Origin: Eledone cirrhosa | Taxonomy: Eukaryota | NCBI GenBank assembly: GCA_964016885.1 | Contig: OZ024743.1 | Location: 115,630,001 to 115,694,000, forward strand | Length of the DNA stretch: 64,000 bases | Direction of reading: 5' to 3' | Shown: in pieces, positions 1-11,637 of the stretch | How positions within the stretch are numbered: the stretch's first letter is position 1 | Layout: each line of letters begins with the position of its first letter | Program-made: the position numbers and the translations under genes | Notes under the pieces: generated by a model | Told to the model about the DNA's origin: nothing | The model's database searches: none | What the model saw: only the letters and a program-made list of their open reading frames with translations

Positions 1-309
1 TTCCAGTATTGCCAGTGATTTGTTTCATCAAATCTCAACATTTATATACCACACATAATAATATAATAAATTTAAAGAAGAAAAGGACGTAGAGCGAATT
101 GGAGATATAAGAGAGGGAGTAAACAAGAGGAGATGCATGAAAAAAAGAATAAAAATAAAAAAATAAAAAATTACATATATAAATATTTAAATGAATAAAT
201 AGATGGGTGAATAGAGGGAGAAATATATATAAAAAAAAGAAACAGAAGAAAGAAGAAATAACGAGAAAAGAAATTATGGAGGGGGGGGGGGTATGTAGAA
301 AAAACCGTT

Positions 310-2400
310 GTAATCCAGGACTTCATACTTTTGCCCAAAAACTGTCTGATGTTATCTGCCACCTTGATGATCTCTAGGCTTTTGGTGATCCAAGAATGGG
401 GCACCATGTCAAATGCCTTTTTGTAGTCTATCCATCCCATGGCAAGACCAGTGTGTCTCCTCTTGCAATTCCTCATTACCATCTTATCAATAAGTAACGG
501 GTCGTTTTTACAACGGGACTTCTTTCGGCATCCTTTCTGTTCGTACGGTAACAAGTTGTTTGTGTAGAGGTGATGGTAGATTTCCTCAGACATAATGATT
601 GTCAAACGTTTCCACATTACGGACAGACATGTGATAGGTCTATAGTTGGTAACATCATTACCCTTGATTCAGTCTTTCATTACCAGAACTGTGGTACCTT
701 TTGTCAACCACTCTGGTACCTCACCTGACATCAAGCAGTCATTGAACATGCTTGTCAGTTTTGGGTGGAGGGATGTTATATTTTTAATCCAATACCCCTG
801 CACACCATCTGGGCCTGGTGATTTCCAGTTGGTTAGTGTTTTGGCCTGCCCCTTAAGAGTTTCAACTGTGATACTCAAATCAGTTTGTTGGTGTGCCTGT
901 TCACTAATCTCCTTTTGTACTGTCTCAATCCACATTGCCTGGTCATTATGTTTAACATCCTGCTCCCATATTCCTCTCCAGAATGTCTTAGTTTGTTCCG
1001 CCTCAGGGATCAAGTCGTTGACTCTTACTTTCCCTTCAAGCTGTTCAAACAGCATCTCTGGTTGTTGTCAAACATGCGGTTCTGTCTATACTGACTGACT
1101 CTGCTCTCGTATCGCTTAATCTTTGCACTCTTTGCTACAATGCGTTGCTTCAGTTCCTCTATGATAATATTTAGCTTTTTCCTCCTAGATTTGTACTTTA
1201 TTTCCAGTCTATTTTTAGTGTCTATGTTTTTAGTGTCCCATTCAGTAGGGACTCAAGCTTTCCAATGTCATTTCTCATTTCCCTGATTTGACCATTCAGT
1301 CGTTTCTTCCACCAAGGCTCTGATCTTTCTTGTTTGTTGTTTCCTCTCGCTTTTATACCAAGTAATTTCCTCACTGCATTTGCTGTTGCTTTGAGGATAT
1401 TGTTGCCCTGGTTAAGGCTCCTCGCCTCAAGGTATGGGATGACTTTGTTTACCTTAGCTGTTGTTTCTTTTAACTTTTTCCTGTTTACAAATCTTAGGTT
1501 CATAGGTTTCCCACTATCATTATTCAATTCATCTACCACTAAGTTTAGGATATCAACCAAATCTTGTCCTAGCCCGTCAGCATTCATCTCTTCAATGGCC
1601 GTATCTTTGTTCCAGGTATTATTTATTTCAGCAAGGGCGGTGGATTGGCAGTATCGGTAGATTGTCGGACGCCATGCTTTCCAGTATAGTTACGTCCCTT
1701 TACGATCTGAGTTCAAATCCCGCCGAGGTTGACTTTGCCGTTCATCCTTACGGGGTCGATAAAATAAAGTACCAGTAATGCACTGGCTAATTGCTGTCCT
1801 TGTGCCTAACGTAGAAGCAATTATTTATTTCAGCATTCAGATCATTGTCTGCTTCGGATGGTTCCTCCGTTCTGTCAACCTCTTCACCTTCATTTCTCAC
1901 TGGCTCGTTTGCCTGGCATACTCCACTCTCCATTTCCAACCTAATATCTCTGCTCAATTCCTCCAGTTCCAGCTCGCTTATCCACCCATTAGTTCTTATT
2001 ACCCGAGCCTGCCCGGCCAATTTTTGTTCATCTAATTTAAATAGACCAATTTCGTTCCGATGTTATGCATCCGTTTCCTATAGCCTTTCTCCTTGGGGTT
2101 ATTCTTCAGATAACATTGCATAACAGTTCTATTCAATTCTTTCGTCCAGTTGGTTCTGGTACATTTCCTTCTTCTTCTTCCTCCGACACCAGCAGTATTT
2201 GGTTGACAGCCAGGTCCCTGCTGCTGAGCCAGGGAGCACCTACTGGGTGAGAGTCTGTCACATGACATTCCAGTCTCCACTTCACCGTTATTCGAACTGT
2301 TTAGGTTCGACATTTAAACACTCTTATCGAGGATTGGTGAATTTATGGTTACATAACCACCGGTGATTTCATCACTCCCGGTGATTTTTGTGTGGCGCTA
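310..2400 (-). mobile_element. R4/Dong-like non-LTR retrotransposon family A, degenerate 5' half (5'UTR, N-terminus, RT domains 0-3), interrupted by a SINE
   Basis: ORFs 2032-2313, 1787-2020, 1222-1587, 669-1055 and 171-617 are frameshifted pieces collinear with the 7524-10772 protein (KSPGPDG, WIDYKKAFDMVPH). This copy extends further 5' (MSNLNSS start at 2313) and breaks off inside RT near 310. Confidence 0.93.
1634..1835 (+). mobile_element. tRNA-derived SINE (family S1) with 16-bp target-site duplication
   Basis: A-box-like TGGCAGTATCGG, B-box-like GAGTTCAAATCC, conserved body ..TTCATCCTTACGGGGTCGATAAAATAAAGTACCAG. ATTATTTATTTCAGCA occurs at 1618-1633 and 1820-1835. Confidence 0.92.
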
Positions 2401-2699
2401 TCACGCTGTAGACGAACATAAATAAACAAACAAACAAATAGGTAAAAAAAAAAGCCAAAAAAGAATAAGCATAAGTTTCATTGTAATGTAATGTTTGAAT
2501 GTCTGACTTAGTTTTTTTTTCTCCTTCTCTGTCTGTCTGTTTGTTTTTCTTCTCATTTTTCTTTTCTTTACGTTTTTCGTTTTTGCTGTGCTGCTTTGAT
2601 TTTGATTTTTGGTTTTTTGATTTTTTGACCGGGTCATCAAATCAGTCTATTTATATATTTTGATGCCTTCCTCTTTTAATGGGGACACTACGATGCATG

Positions 2700-2970
2700 T
2701 CTTAGCAGGAGGTAGTGGGAGAGAATAGTGGCGGTAGTGATAATGAGGCAGTGGTGGTGGTGGTGGTGGTGCCGTGCTAGTAGTACTTAGCAGGAGGTAG
2801 TGGGAGAGAATAGCGACGGTAGCGATAATGAGGTAGTGGTGGTGGTGATGTGATCGTAGTACTGTAGTGATGGTGTTGAAGTTGAAGTAGAAATAGAAGT
2901 TGAGGTAACTTGACTAGAGTTTTTAGCGTGGTAGTGGTGATGGTGGCGGTGGTGGTGTTGGTGGTGAAAT
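2700..2970. repeat. GGT/AGT-rich low-complexity repeat with a short tandem duplication
   Basis: CTTAGCAGGAGGTAGTGGGAGAGAATAG occurs twice, alongside (GGT)n runs. Confidence 0.7.
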
Positions 2971-3171
2971 TATTTTTCTGTCTGTCCACTTAGCCATTTA
3001 GCTATTTAGCTATTTAGCCATTTTGCCATTTTCCTCTTTTTCGACTATAACATTTCTGATCCAAAATTAAATATTAAAAATATTGGGATCCTATGCCGTA
3101 AAGTGATGCGTTATGGCTTGCTGAGCGTGAAAACTGTAATCTTATTGTTCATTTGCAATTTCAGGTCATTA

Positions 3172-3357
3172 TGGATTGGCAGTATCGGTAGAGGGTCAGA
3201 CACCATGCTTTCCAGCATAGTTACGTCCCTTTACGATCTGAGTTCAAATCCCGCCGAGGTTGACTTTGCCTTTCATCCTTACGAGGTCGATAAAATAAAG
3301 TACCAGTAATGCACTGGGATAATTGATGGCCTTGTGCCAAAAGTAGAAACAATTATT
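3172..3357 (+). mobile_element. SINE family S1
   Basis: Near-identical to 1634-1820. Confidence 0.9.
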
Positions 3358-3359
3358 AA

Positions 3360-4500
3360 AACAAATTCTATAATTACTTTCTTTACTCTATTTAATTCGC
3401 TATTATTATTTTTTCCACAATAAATAATATGCCGTCTCTATACAAACCACCGATAATCTCCGGCAGTTTTCTATTTATCATGTTAAGGATGAAAATTCAC
3501 ACAAGATCGGTAACTTGCGCCGAATCAGACGAGCCCATAGTAATGTCAAAGTTTTTCAGCCTATCGGATCTAGTCCAAAGATCATTATTAAATTCTATCA
3601 ATTTCGCCTTGCAGTTAAAATAATATTTATCTCATCACTAGATAGATCCGTGTGCTTATATGCATATGAAGCGCCTTATTTAGTAGGTTAGAAGTTATTG
3701 AGGAATAATAACTCGCTATGTCCATTTGAATGAACTTATGATTTTTTTTATTTTCGATATTATTGAACCAATCTATGACTTCGTTAGTGCCCGTACACAG
3801 GTTTAGCTTTGACCTAAATTTAAGCGTTGGTAAAATCCTATCTATAATGTTTTTACTAATTATTCCGAGATCTGATTTGAAGGTGCAATAAGTCTAACAG
3901 GTAAGTCTTCTTGAAAATTAATTTTATTTTCTTTAAAATTTATCCGTGGTTGCCTTGGTATGAGGGGTTCCGTTTTCCGCTCTATTCCGAGATTAGTGAT
4001 AATTTCAAATGCATCATTATTAATATCCACAAATCTTCGCTTGGGGCCTTTTTATAATTTTTTCTCAATTCTTTTAAAATTAAGTCGTTATATTTTGTTC
4101 TTTCAATCCCATATATATTGTTTGTTTTGTCTGATTTCACTAATATTTTATTTACTTTCTGTATGTCATTAATTTTTCCCTTTAGACCTCTAACGTATTC
4201 TTGGCTATATGTTTTTTTAATTAAATTTTTTATTCCTTAATATATTTATAATTTCGTTTTCAAAATTCGCCAAGAGTTTGTTGTAAGGAGGATTTTTCCT
4301 AGATTTAAAAATATGCTCGAAATTCTGGTTGGTGTTTTTCTTATCCGCTTTCTCTTTATTTTCAAAGTGAAAAGCACGCCACCGCAGTCTTCTTATAAAG
4401 GAGTTGGTTTGTGCAATAAAGTTTTTTATATATTCTCCGTTAGATGGTAAAGGTATATCTTTGAGAGATGAAGAAATCCTGAAGAACTCCATCACTTATT
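3360..4500 (-). pseudogene. Penelope-like element reverse transcriptase, degenerate (N-terminus to catalytic motif)
   Basis: ORF 4217-4495 SLKDIPLP..FIRRLRWRAFHF resembles PLE N-termini. Minus-strand translation near 3430-3555 gives FDITMGSSDSAQVTDLV*IFIL..GGLYRDG, matching PLE RT motifs MGS and YRDD, with stops and frameshifts. Confidence 0.8.
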
Positions 4501-4914
4501 AGCAATCTAATGCAGAAGAAGCGCTCAACCTTCAGGGAGCTAAATATGACCAAATATTAATATGGTTCATTGATTACTCAATGAATACGGTTTTACAATA
4601 GATTAAAAGCACTCAACAAATAAATATTCCTGGAGTGTTAATATTATTCAAAATACTAACAAATGAAGATATTCACATAATCAAAATATATGCTTTATTA
4701 TATATATATCATAAAACATGTCTATAGAATCACAAGATAAAATATATACTATTTCCTCTCCCAATTAGCATAATTAACTATATAAAAAATCGAATAGACC
4801 AGGCTATAAGAATGAGGCTTCTATGAAGGAATCTCCGACAAATAACCAAAACTAGCGCTTCGCGTCGGCTGTAGTGGAATATTTATCGAATATTTCGACA
4901 GCGTAATTGCCTAG

Positions 4915-4967
<53 letters not shown>

Positions 4968-4974
<7 letters not shown>

Positions 4975-5516
4975 AGAAAATTCGAAGTAGTATCAGATGT
5001 TAAAGTACTTTATTGGTAATGCTGTGATATATATTTCAATGGCAGCAGTGGCCACACGATTCTGTGTACCCAGTGCCGTGACATCATCAGACAGCTTCTT
5101 ATATAATACGGTTACGTTCCCAAGGCAATCCAAATAGAAACGACAAGGCGTGTGTTCTTGAATCGTCTGCCCTTTCCCCTGTGGTCAACAATTCACCTCC
5201 GCGATTCTGCGCAGGCGCAAACGAAAGCTGGCTATCCACTACACCAAACTCACTAAAAACTAGCCTAGGCATGTAAACCCCACCCGCCCCTTCCAACCAA
5301 AGAACTTTCCCGTCCAGGTTTCTAATATCACACTGTTAAAGTATACTGCGAGTGACAGATAGCCGAAATCTGGTGGTGATGGCAGAGTATGAGTTTCAAT
5401 AGGCCTTAATGCTACCCCTAATCTACCCCTATTGACTGTCGTCATTGAAATATGTATCACATCATTACCAATAAAGGAATTTAGCATCTGATACTACTTC
5501 GCATTTTCTCATTTTA
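4968..5516. mobile_element. Penelope-like inverted pseudo-LTR pair next to (TA)n
   Basis: 4968-5043 is the approximate reverse complement of 5441-5516. Each arm carries the 3' half of a hammerhead motif followed by AATAAA. Confidence 0.75.
5021..5095 (-). ncRNA. Minimal type I hammerhead ribozyme motif
   Basis: Minus strand reads GCTGT-CTGATGA-[long imperfect stem II]-GAAA-TATATA-TC-ACAGC. Stem I GCTGT/ACAGC is perfect and loop III is palindromic. Confidence 0.75.
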
Positions 5517-5794
5517 AATATACTCCGTTTTTCCTATGTGGAAAAAATGCGTCGAATGCTTGATTTGAATTGCAACAATATTTACCGTAAGGTTATATAT
5601 ATATTTATACATACGTGTGTAGGTGCGGGTAAGGATATGCATATGTGCATGTATGTGTGAAAGGGACTAAAAGTATTTACATGTAGTTCTGGTTGAAAGT
5701 AATAACCTGCAACTAGCTGCATGTCAAACAATCTGCCGATTATGTGCACACACACACACACACACGCGCATATATATATATATATATATATACC

Positions 5795-5881
<87 letters not shown>

Positions 5882-6486
5882 GTATATATAGACTTTTCTT
5901 GTTTTCTGTCTCTCCCTTGATAGATAAAAGGCTAAGGGCGCGTTACGGATATATGTATAGATATAATGCGCCGAAACATCCGTAGTTAACTACTGACGAA
6001 GAGATACTGTCCCTCTCTTATTTGTGTCTCCTTACCTTCTAACACCCGTTTTCAGTAACCACACAGCCTCTCCTCTCAAACTCTCTCTCTCTATATATAT
6101 ACATTTCAAGGAGACAACAAACAGTGGTACAAAAGTATTGGTAGTTTCGCGCTCTATATTTTGTCAGTGTTTGTGTGAGTGTGTGTGTGTGTGTGCGCGT
6201 GTGTGTGTGTTTGTATGTGCGTGCGTGTATGTTTGTGTGTATGTGTGTGTGTGTGTGTGTTCATGCGGGTGTGTACTTCCTTTTTGTCATTGAGTAATAA
6301 ACCTGAAATCAATGCACTGTGATACAAACTAAAGTAATAAAATATCTTTTATAAATGACATCTGTTTACTAAAATAATTGCTGACTTTACAGGCTCACCA
6401 AAATTCAATTCTAAATTTAATAATCCGAAAAGAGGGCCTACTATACCTACAATAACTCCAACTGCTTTCGATATTATTATTATTTT

Positions 6487-6678
6487 TGGTAGATTCGCAG
6501 TATCGGTAGAGGGTCGGACGCCATACTTTGTAGCATAGGGTTACGGCCCTTTGAGGTCTGAGTTCAAATACCTCCGAGATTAACTTTGCCTTTCACCCTG
6601 ACAGGGTTGATATATTAAAGTAGCAGTAATACACTGTCACAATTGCTGGCCTTGCGCCAAAAGTATAAGCAAATATTA
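6487..6678 (+). mobile_element. SINE family S1, diverged; its tail runs into (TTA)n
   Basis: GCAGTATCGGTAGAGGGTCGGACGCC..GAGTTCAAAT..CTTTGCCTTTCA. Confidence 0.85.
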
Positions 6679-6719
<41 letters not shown>

Positions 6720-6720
6720 T

Positions 6721-7110
6721 TCCTGATTAACTTTTTCAAATTTCATTTGAAAAGGAAAATCAGGGTAGAGAGGGAAGTGCTCTCTTCCCAGCATTTTGTT
6801 GAAAGATGGGTGAGAGAAGCAAGTATGGCCCGAATGAATGGGCCTTCTCTGAGTATGTGTCTGTAAATTAAAGGTGGAAAACTGGGAGAGGGCACTTGCC
6901 CTGGTGGTCAGGGCCACTGTGGTCTTTTAATGGGCTTTCTCCACAAATGTCCCTTGGAAGTCTCCCCCCTATTGGGGAATTTTTCTTTGTTATTTTATTT
7001 CAACCTCTGTTTTTTTACACGCAGAAATGCCCATTTGTACCGTCCTGTATTGTCCTGTACTGTCCTTAATGTCTACTTTATGTGAACCCTTGTGGTTAAT
7101 AAAGAAAACA
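6721..7110 (+). mobile_element. L1/Tx1-like element, 5'-truncated 3' end, flanked by (TTA)n on both sides
   Basis: Matches 16835-17233 and 29800-30190 (FFKFHLKRKIRVERE end of ORF2, 3'UTR, AATAAA). Confidence 0.9.
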
Positions 7111-7122
7111 TTATTATTATTA

Positions 7123-7162
<40 letters not shown>

Positions 7163-7164
<2 letters not shown>

Positions 7165-7412
7165 CTTGAATCTCAGTCATTGATGTTGGTTAACTGGAAA
7201 GTCCGTTGGATTGAATATCAAGCCACTACCTGCAGCCTCATATATTCAGGACGTATCGGAGGGTTCTTGCCGTTCCAAGCAAGCATGCCTTTTGAAGCGT
7301 TCCAAAAAGCGTGAAGGGGCCGATTTTCTTTAACCATCCCTGGAAACCTTTGGAGATAGTCCCCAGTGCGCCTATGACAATCGGGATCACTTTGACTTCA
7401 TGGCAGTTCCAA
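7163..7412 (-). mobile_element. R4/Dong-like family A, 250-bp 3' fragment between (TTA)n runs
   Basis: Essentially identical to 7449-7698. Confidence 0.93.
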
Positions 7413-7448
7413 TATTATTATTATTATTATTATTATTGTTATTGTTAT

Positions 7449-10400
7449 TCCTTGAATCTCAGTCATTGATGTTGGTTAACTGGAAAGTCCGTTGGATTGA
7501 ATATCAAGCCACTACCTGCAGCCTCAGATATTCAGGACGTATCGGAGGGTTCTTGCCGTTCCAAGCAAGCATGCCTTTTGAAGCGTTCCAAAAAGCGTGA
7601 AGGGGCCGATTTTCTTTAACCATCCCTGGAAACCTTTGGAGATAGTCCCCAGTGCGCCTATGACAATCGGGATCACTTTGACTTCATGGCAGTTCCAAAT
7701 CCTTTTCACCTCCCACTTTAGGTCCTGGTATCGGTTAATTTTCTCCCTCTCCTTCTCTTGCACTCTCGTGTCGAACGGGCAGGCCACATCCACAATCAGG
7801 CACGATCTTTTTTCTTTGTCCACAACCACCAGGTCAGGTCTATTGTGTTCCAGTTTTTTGTCCGTCTGTATCCTAAAATCCCACAGCACCTTCACCTGAC
7901 TGTTCTCCATCACCGCCTCTGGCCTATGCTCATACCATTTCTCAGAATGTGGTAGATTGTTTACTTTGCACAGGTGCCAGTGGATCACCCTGCCCATCAC
8001 ATCGTGTCTCCAGCCCTTATAGTGGGTCTGGGCTAGGTGTTTACACTCGGACACAATGTGAGCCACAGTCTCCTCTCTCTCTCCACAGATCCTGCACAGT
8101 GGGCTAGCCTCCTCCTTGTAGATATGGTGCTTCAACCACTTCGTTTTGAGGGCCTGCTCCTGCGCAGCCATTAGCATTCCTTCTGTAGCCTTTTTGAGGT
8201 CTCCTCTTCTCAACCAGTTCCATGTCTGTGGATCTCTAAATTCAGTTTTCTCAAAGAAGGTACTATGAAGGGATTTTCCCTTAAGGCTGCTCTTCCTCCT
8301 TGATGTTATTTCCTCCTTGGGTATCCCCTGGCCTACTGTCCCCTCCTTCAGTACAGCTCTGAGCATTGGCTCCTTACTATAGGTCACGTATTTGTATAGG
8401 TTGTTTTTCTCCATCTGAACACAGTCCTCTATGCTGATAAGACCTCTTCCACCCTCAGATCTCCTTAGGTAGAGTCTATCGACATCACTCCTCTTGTGGA
8501 ACATGTTGTAGATAGTCAATAGCTTCCTAGTCTTCCTATCCATTTCTTTTTGTTCAGCAACATTCCATCTCAGAATTCCCGCACTGTACCTAATAATAGA
8601 CACAGCTCGGGAATTTACTGCGCTTATGGCATTTCTGCTGTTCAGATGTGACTTCAATACGCTCCTTACTCTCCGAATGTATTCAGTTCTTAACAATTCC
8701 TTCATTTTTTTGTTCTTTATGCCATCAGCCTCCAGAACGCCCAAATACTTGTATCCTTCCTCAGAGTCAATTTCCTTTATCATCTCACCTGTTGGTATCT
8801 GGATCCCGTTACTTCTGCTCAACCTACCCCTCCTCATCACAATGACTCCACATTTACCAATACCAAACTGCATACATATATCACTGCTGAAAATACGGAC
8901 AGTGTCAACAAGCACATCCAACTCCTTCTCACTTTTCCCGAAGAGCTTAAGATCGTCCATGAAGAGGAGGTGATTAGTGGTAAGCTCTCCCCTTCCCAAC
9001 TTGTATCCTGCTCTCACTTTTCGCAGCATAATGGTCAAGGGCATCAGGGCAAGGACAAACAACAGAGGGGACAGGCTATCTCCCTGGAAGATACCTCTCT
9101 TGATCTTCACGCTTCCCAAGGATACTCCAGTTGATGTCAACTCTGTCTCCCAGGACCCCATACTCCTGCCCAGCAACTGTCTGATGTTATCTGCCACCCT
9201 GAAGATCTCCAGGCTTTTGGTGATCCAGGAATGAGGCACCATGTCAAATGCCTTTCTGTAGTCTATCCATCCCATGGCAAGATCAGTGTGTCTCCTCCTG
9301 CAATTCCCCATTACCATCTTATCAATAAGCAACTGGTCCTTTGTACCACGTGACTTCTTTCGGCATCCTTTCTGTTCGTCCGGCAACAAGTTGTTTGTGT
9401 GGAGGTGATGGTAGATTTCCTCAGACACAATGCTCGTCAACAGTTTCCACATTACGGGCAGACATGTGATAGGTCTATAGTTGGTAACATCATTACCCTT
9501 GATTCGGTCTTTCATTATCAGAACTGTGGTACCTTTTGTCAACCACTCTGGCACCTCACCCGACACCAAGCAGTCATTGAACATGGCCGTCAGCTTCGGG
9601 TGGAGGGATGTTAAATGTTTAATCCAATACCCCTGCACACCATCTGGGCCTGGTGATTTCCAGTTGGTTAGTTTTTTGGCTTGCCCCTTAAGAGTTTCAA
9701 CTGTGATACTCAAATCAGTCTGTTGCTGTGCCTGCTCACCGATCTCCCTCTGTACTGTCTCAATCCACCCTGCCTGGGCATTGTGTCTAACATCCTGCTC
9801 CCATATTCCTCTCCAGAATGTTTTAGCTTGTTCCGCCCCAGGGATCAAGTCGGTGCCTCTTTCTTTCCCCTCAAGCTGTCCAAACAGCATCTTCTGGTTG
9901 TTGTCGAACATGCGGTTCTGTTTATACTGACTGACTCTGTTCTCGTATCGCCTGATTTTGGCACTCTTTGCTACAATGCGTTGCTTCAATTCCTCTATGA
10001 TAATATTTAGCTTTTTACTCCTAGTTTTGTATTTTATTTCCAGTCTATTTTTAGTGCCTATGTTTTTTAGTGTCCCATTCAGTAGTGACTCAAGCTTTCC
10101 TATGTCATTTCTCATTTCCCCGATTTGCCCACTCAGTCGCTTCTTCCACCACGGCTCTGCTCTTTCTTGTCTGTTGTTTCCTCTCGCTTTTATACCAAGT
10201 AGTTTCCTCACCGTATTTGCTGTTGCTTTGAGGATATTGTTGCACTGGTGAAGACTCCTCGCCTCAAGGTATGGGATGACCTTGTTTACCTTAGCTGTTG
10301 TTTCTTTTAACTTTTTCCTGTCTACAAATCTTAGGTTCATAGGTCTCCCACTATCATTGTTCAACTCATCTACCACTAAATTTAGGATGTCAACCGAATC

Positions 10401-10828
10401 TTGTCCTAGCCCGTCAGCATTCATCTCCTCAGTGGCCGTATCTCTGTTCCAGGTATTATTTATCTCAGTATTCAGATCAGTGTCTGCTTCGGGTGGTTCC
10501 TCCGCTCTCAGGACCTCCTCACCTTCATTTCCCGCCGGCTCGCTTGTCTGGCATACTACACCCGCCATCTCCAAGCCATTCTCTCTGCTCAGTTCCTCCA
10601 GTTCCAGCTCGCTTATCCACCCATTAGTTCTTATTACCCGAGCCTGCCCGGCCAATTGTTGTTCATCTAATTTAAATAAACCAATCTCGTTCCAGATGTT
10701 ATGCATCCGTCTCCTGTAGCCCCTCTCCTTGGGGTTACTTTTCAGGTAGCATTGCATAACAGTTCTATTCAATTCTTTCGTCCAGTTGGTTCTGGCCCCT
10801 TTCCTTCTTCTTCTTCCTCCAACATCAG

Positions 10829-10830
<2 letters not shown>
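7449..10830 (-). mobile_element. R4/Dong-like family A retrotransposon, nearly full length, inserted in (TAA)n
   Basis: Single long ORF, 75-bp 3'UTR, (TTA)n at 7413-7448 and 10831-10895. Slightly 5'-truncated relative to the 310-2400 copy. Confidence 0.95.
7524..10772 (-). CDS. Reverse transcriptase + CCHC zinc knuckle + restriction-like endonuclease polyprotein (R4/Dong clade)
   Basis: 1082-aa uninterrupted ORF with YRPITCL, DYRKAFD, GIFQGDSLSP, LFMDDLKL, YKYLG, CRICGEREETVAHIVSEC, RHD and RPDLVVVDKEKRSCLIVDVACP..EKINRY (PD-D/ExK). Confidence 0.95.
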   Translation of the reverse strand: MNRTVMQCYLKSNPKERGYRRRMHNIWNEIGLFKLDEQQLAGQARVIRTNGWISELELEELSRENGLEMAGVVCQTSEPAGNEGEEVLRAEEPPEADTDLNTEINNTWNRDTATEEMNADGLGQDSVDILNLVVDELNNDSGRPMNLRFVDRKKLKETTAKVNKVIPYLEARSLHQCNNILKATANTVRKLLGIKARGNNRQERAEPWWKKRLSGQIGEMRNDIGKLESLLNGTLKNIGTKNRLEIKYKTRSKKLNIIIEELKQRIVAKSAKIRRYENRVSQYKQNRMFDNNQKMLFGQLEGKERGTDLIPGAEQAKTFWRGIWEQDVRHNAQAGWIETVQREIGEQAQQQTDLSITVETLKGQAKKLTNWKSPGPDGVQGYWIKHLTSLHPKLTAMFNDCLVSGEVPEWLTKGTTVLIMKDRIKGNDVTNYRPITCLPVMWKLLTSIVSEEIYHHLHTNNLLPDEQKGCRKKSRGTKDQLLIDKMVMGNCRRRHTDLAMGWIDYRKAFDMVPHSWITKSLEIFRVADNIRQLLGRSMGSWETELTSTGVSLGSVKIKRGIFQGDSLSPLLFVLALMPLTIMLRKVRAGYKLGRGELTTNHLLFMDDLKLFGKSEKELDVLVDTVRIFSSDICMQFGIGKCGVIVMRRGRLSRSNGIQIPTGEMIKEIDSEEGYKYLGVLEADGIKNKKMKELLRTEYIRRVRSVLKSHLNSRNAISAVNSRAVSIIRYSAGILRWNVAEQKEMDRKTRKLLTIYNMFHKRSDVDRLYLRRSEGGRGLISIEDCVQMEKNNLYKYVTYSKEPMLRAVLKEGTVGQGIPKEEITSRRKSSLKGKSLHSTFFEKTEFRDPQTWNWLRRGDLKKATEGMLMAAQEQALKTKWLKHHIYKEEASPLCRICGEREETVAHIVSECKHLAQTHYKGWRHDVMGRVIHWHLCKVNNLPHSEKWYEHRPEAVMENSQVKVLWDFRIQTDKKLEHNRPDLVVVDKEKRSCLIVDVACPFDTRVQEKEREKINRYQDLKWEVKRIWNCHEVKVIPIVIGALGTISKGFQGWLKKIGPFTLFGTLQKACLLGTARTLRYVLNI

Positions 10831-10895
<65 letters not shown>

Positions 10896-11637
10896 GTTCT
10901 TTGAGTCTCAGTCATTGATCTTATTTAACTGGAAAGTTTGTTGAAATGAATATCAAACCACTACCTGCAGCCTCAGATATTCAAGACGTAACGGAGGTTC
11001 TTGCTGATCCCAGCAATCATGCCTTTTGAAGTGTTCCAAAAAGCGGGGCTGGACTAATTTTCATTAACCATCATTGGAAACTCTTTGAGATAGTACCTAG
11101 TGTGCCTATGACAATCGGGACCACTTTGACTTCATGGCAGTTCCAAATCCTTTTTACCTCCCACATTAAGTCCTGGTATCGGTTAATTTCCTCTCTCTTT
11201 TTCTCTTGCACTCTCGTGTCGAATGGGCAGGCTACATCTACAATCAGGCACGAACTTGTTTCCTTTTCCAACACCACCAGGTCAGGTCTATTGTGTTCCA
11301 GTTTCTTGTCCGTCTGAATCCTAAATTCCCACAGCACCTTCCCCTGATTGTTTTCTATCAGTGACTCTGGCTTATGCTCATAATATGGTAAATTGTTTAC
11401 TTTGCATAGGTGCCAGTGGATCACTCTGCCCATCACATCATGTCTCCAGCCTTTATAGTGAGCCTAGACTAGGTGTTTACTCTCTGATACAATATGTGCC
11501 ACAGTCACCTCTCTCTCTTCACAGATCCTACACAGTGGGCTAGCCTCCTCCTTGTAAATATGGTGTTTCACCCACTTCGTTTTGAGGTCATGCTCTTGCG
11601 CAGCCATTAGCATTCTTTCTGTAGCCTTTTTAAGGTC
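10896..11637 (-). mobile_element. R4/Dong-like family A, older diverged 3' fragment between (TTA)n runs
   Basis: ORF 11071-11436 encodes the RLE domain (RPDLVVLEK..IVDVACP). Collinear with 7449-8200 but with many substitutions and indels. Confidence 0.92.

Noticed and set aside
1634-1720. tRNA gene
   Set aside because: Only A/B-box-like motifs of a SINE head, with no cloverleaf.
2314-2400. HDV-like ribozyme at the 5' end of Dong-like family A
   Set aside because: Hairpins and a TCCTCG are present, but I could not build the nested double pseudoknot.
3497-3499. In-frame TGA in the Penelope RT as a possible selenocysteine (some PLEs recode UGA)
   Set aside because: It falls where a Gly is expected (GGA>TGA), and the copy has other stops and frameshifts.
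5930-6000. Hammerhead-like GGCGC..GCGCC-GAAAC hairpin after (TA)n
   Set aside because: The CTGANGA core and stem I are not present in the right place; at best a decayed remnant.
7597-10719. Long plus-strand ORFs antisense to the Dong-like protein
   Set aside because: Shadow ORFs of the coding strand with no motifs; they recur only because the element is repeated.
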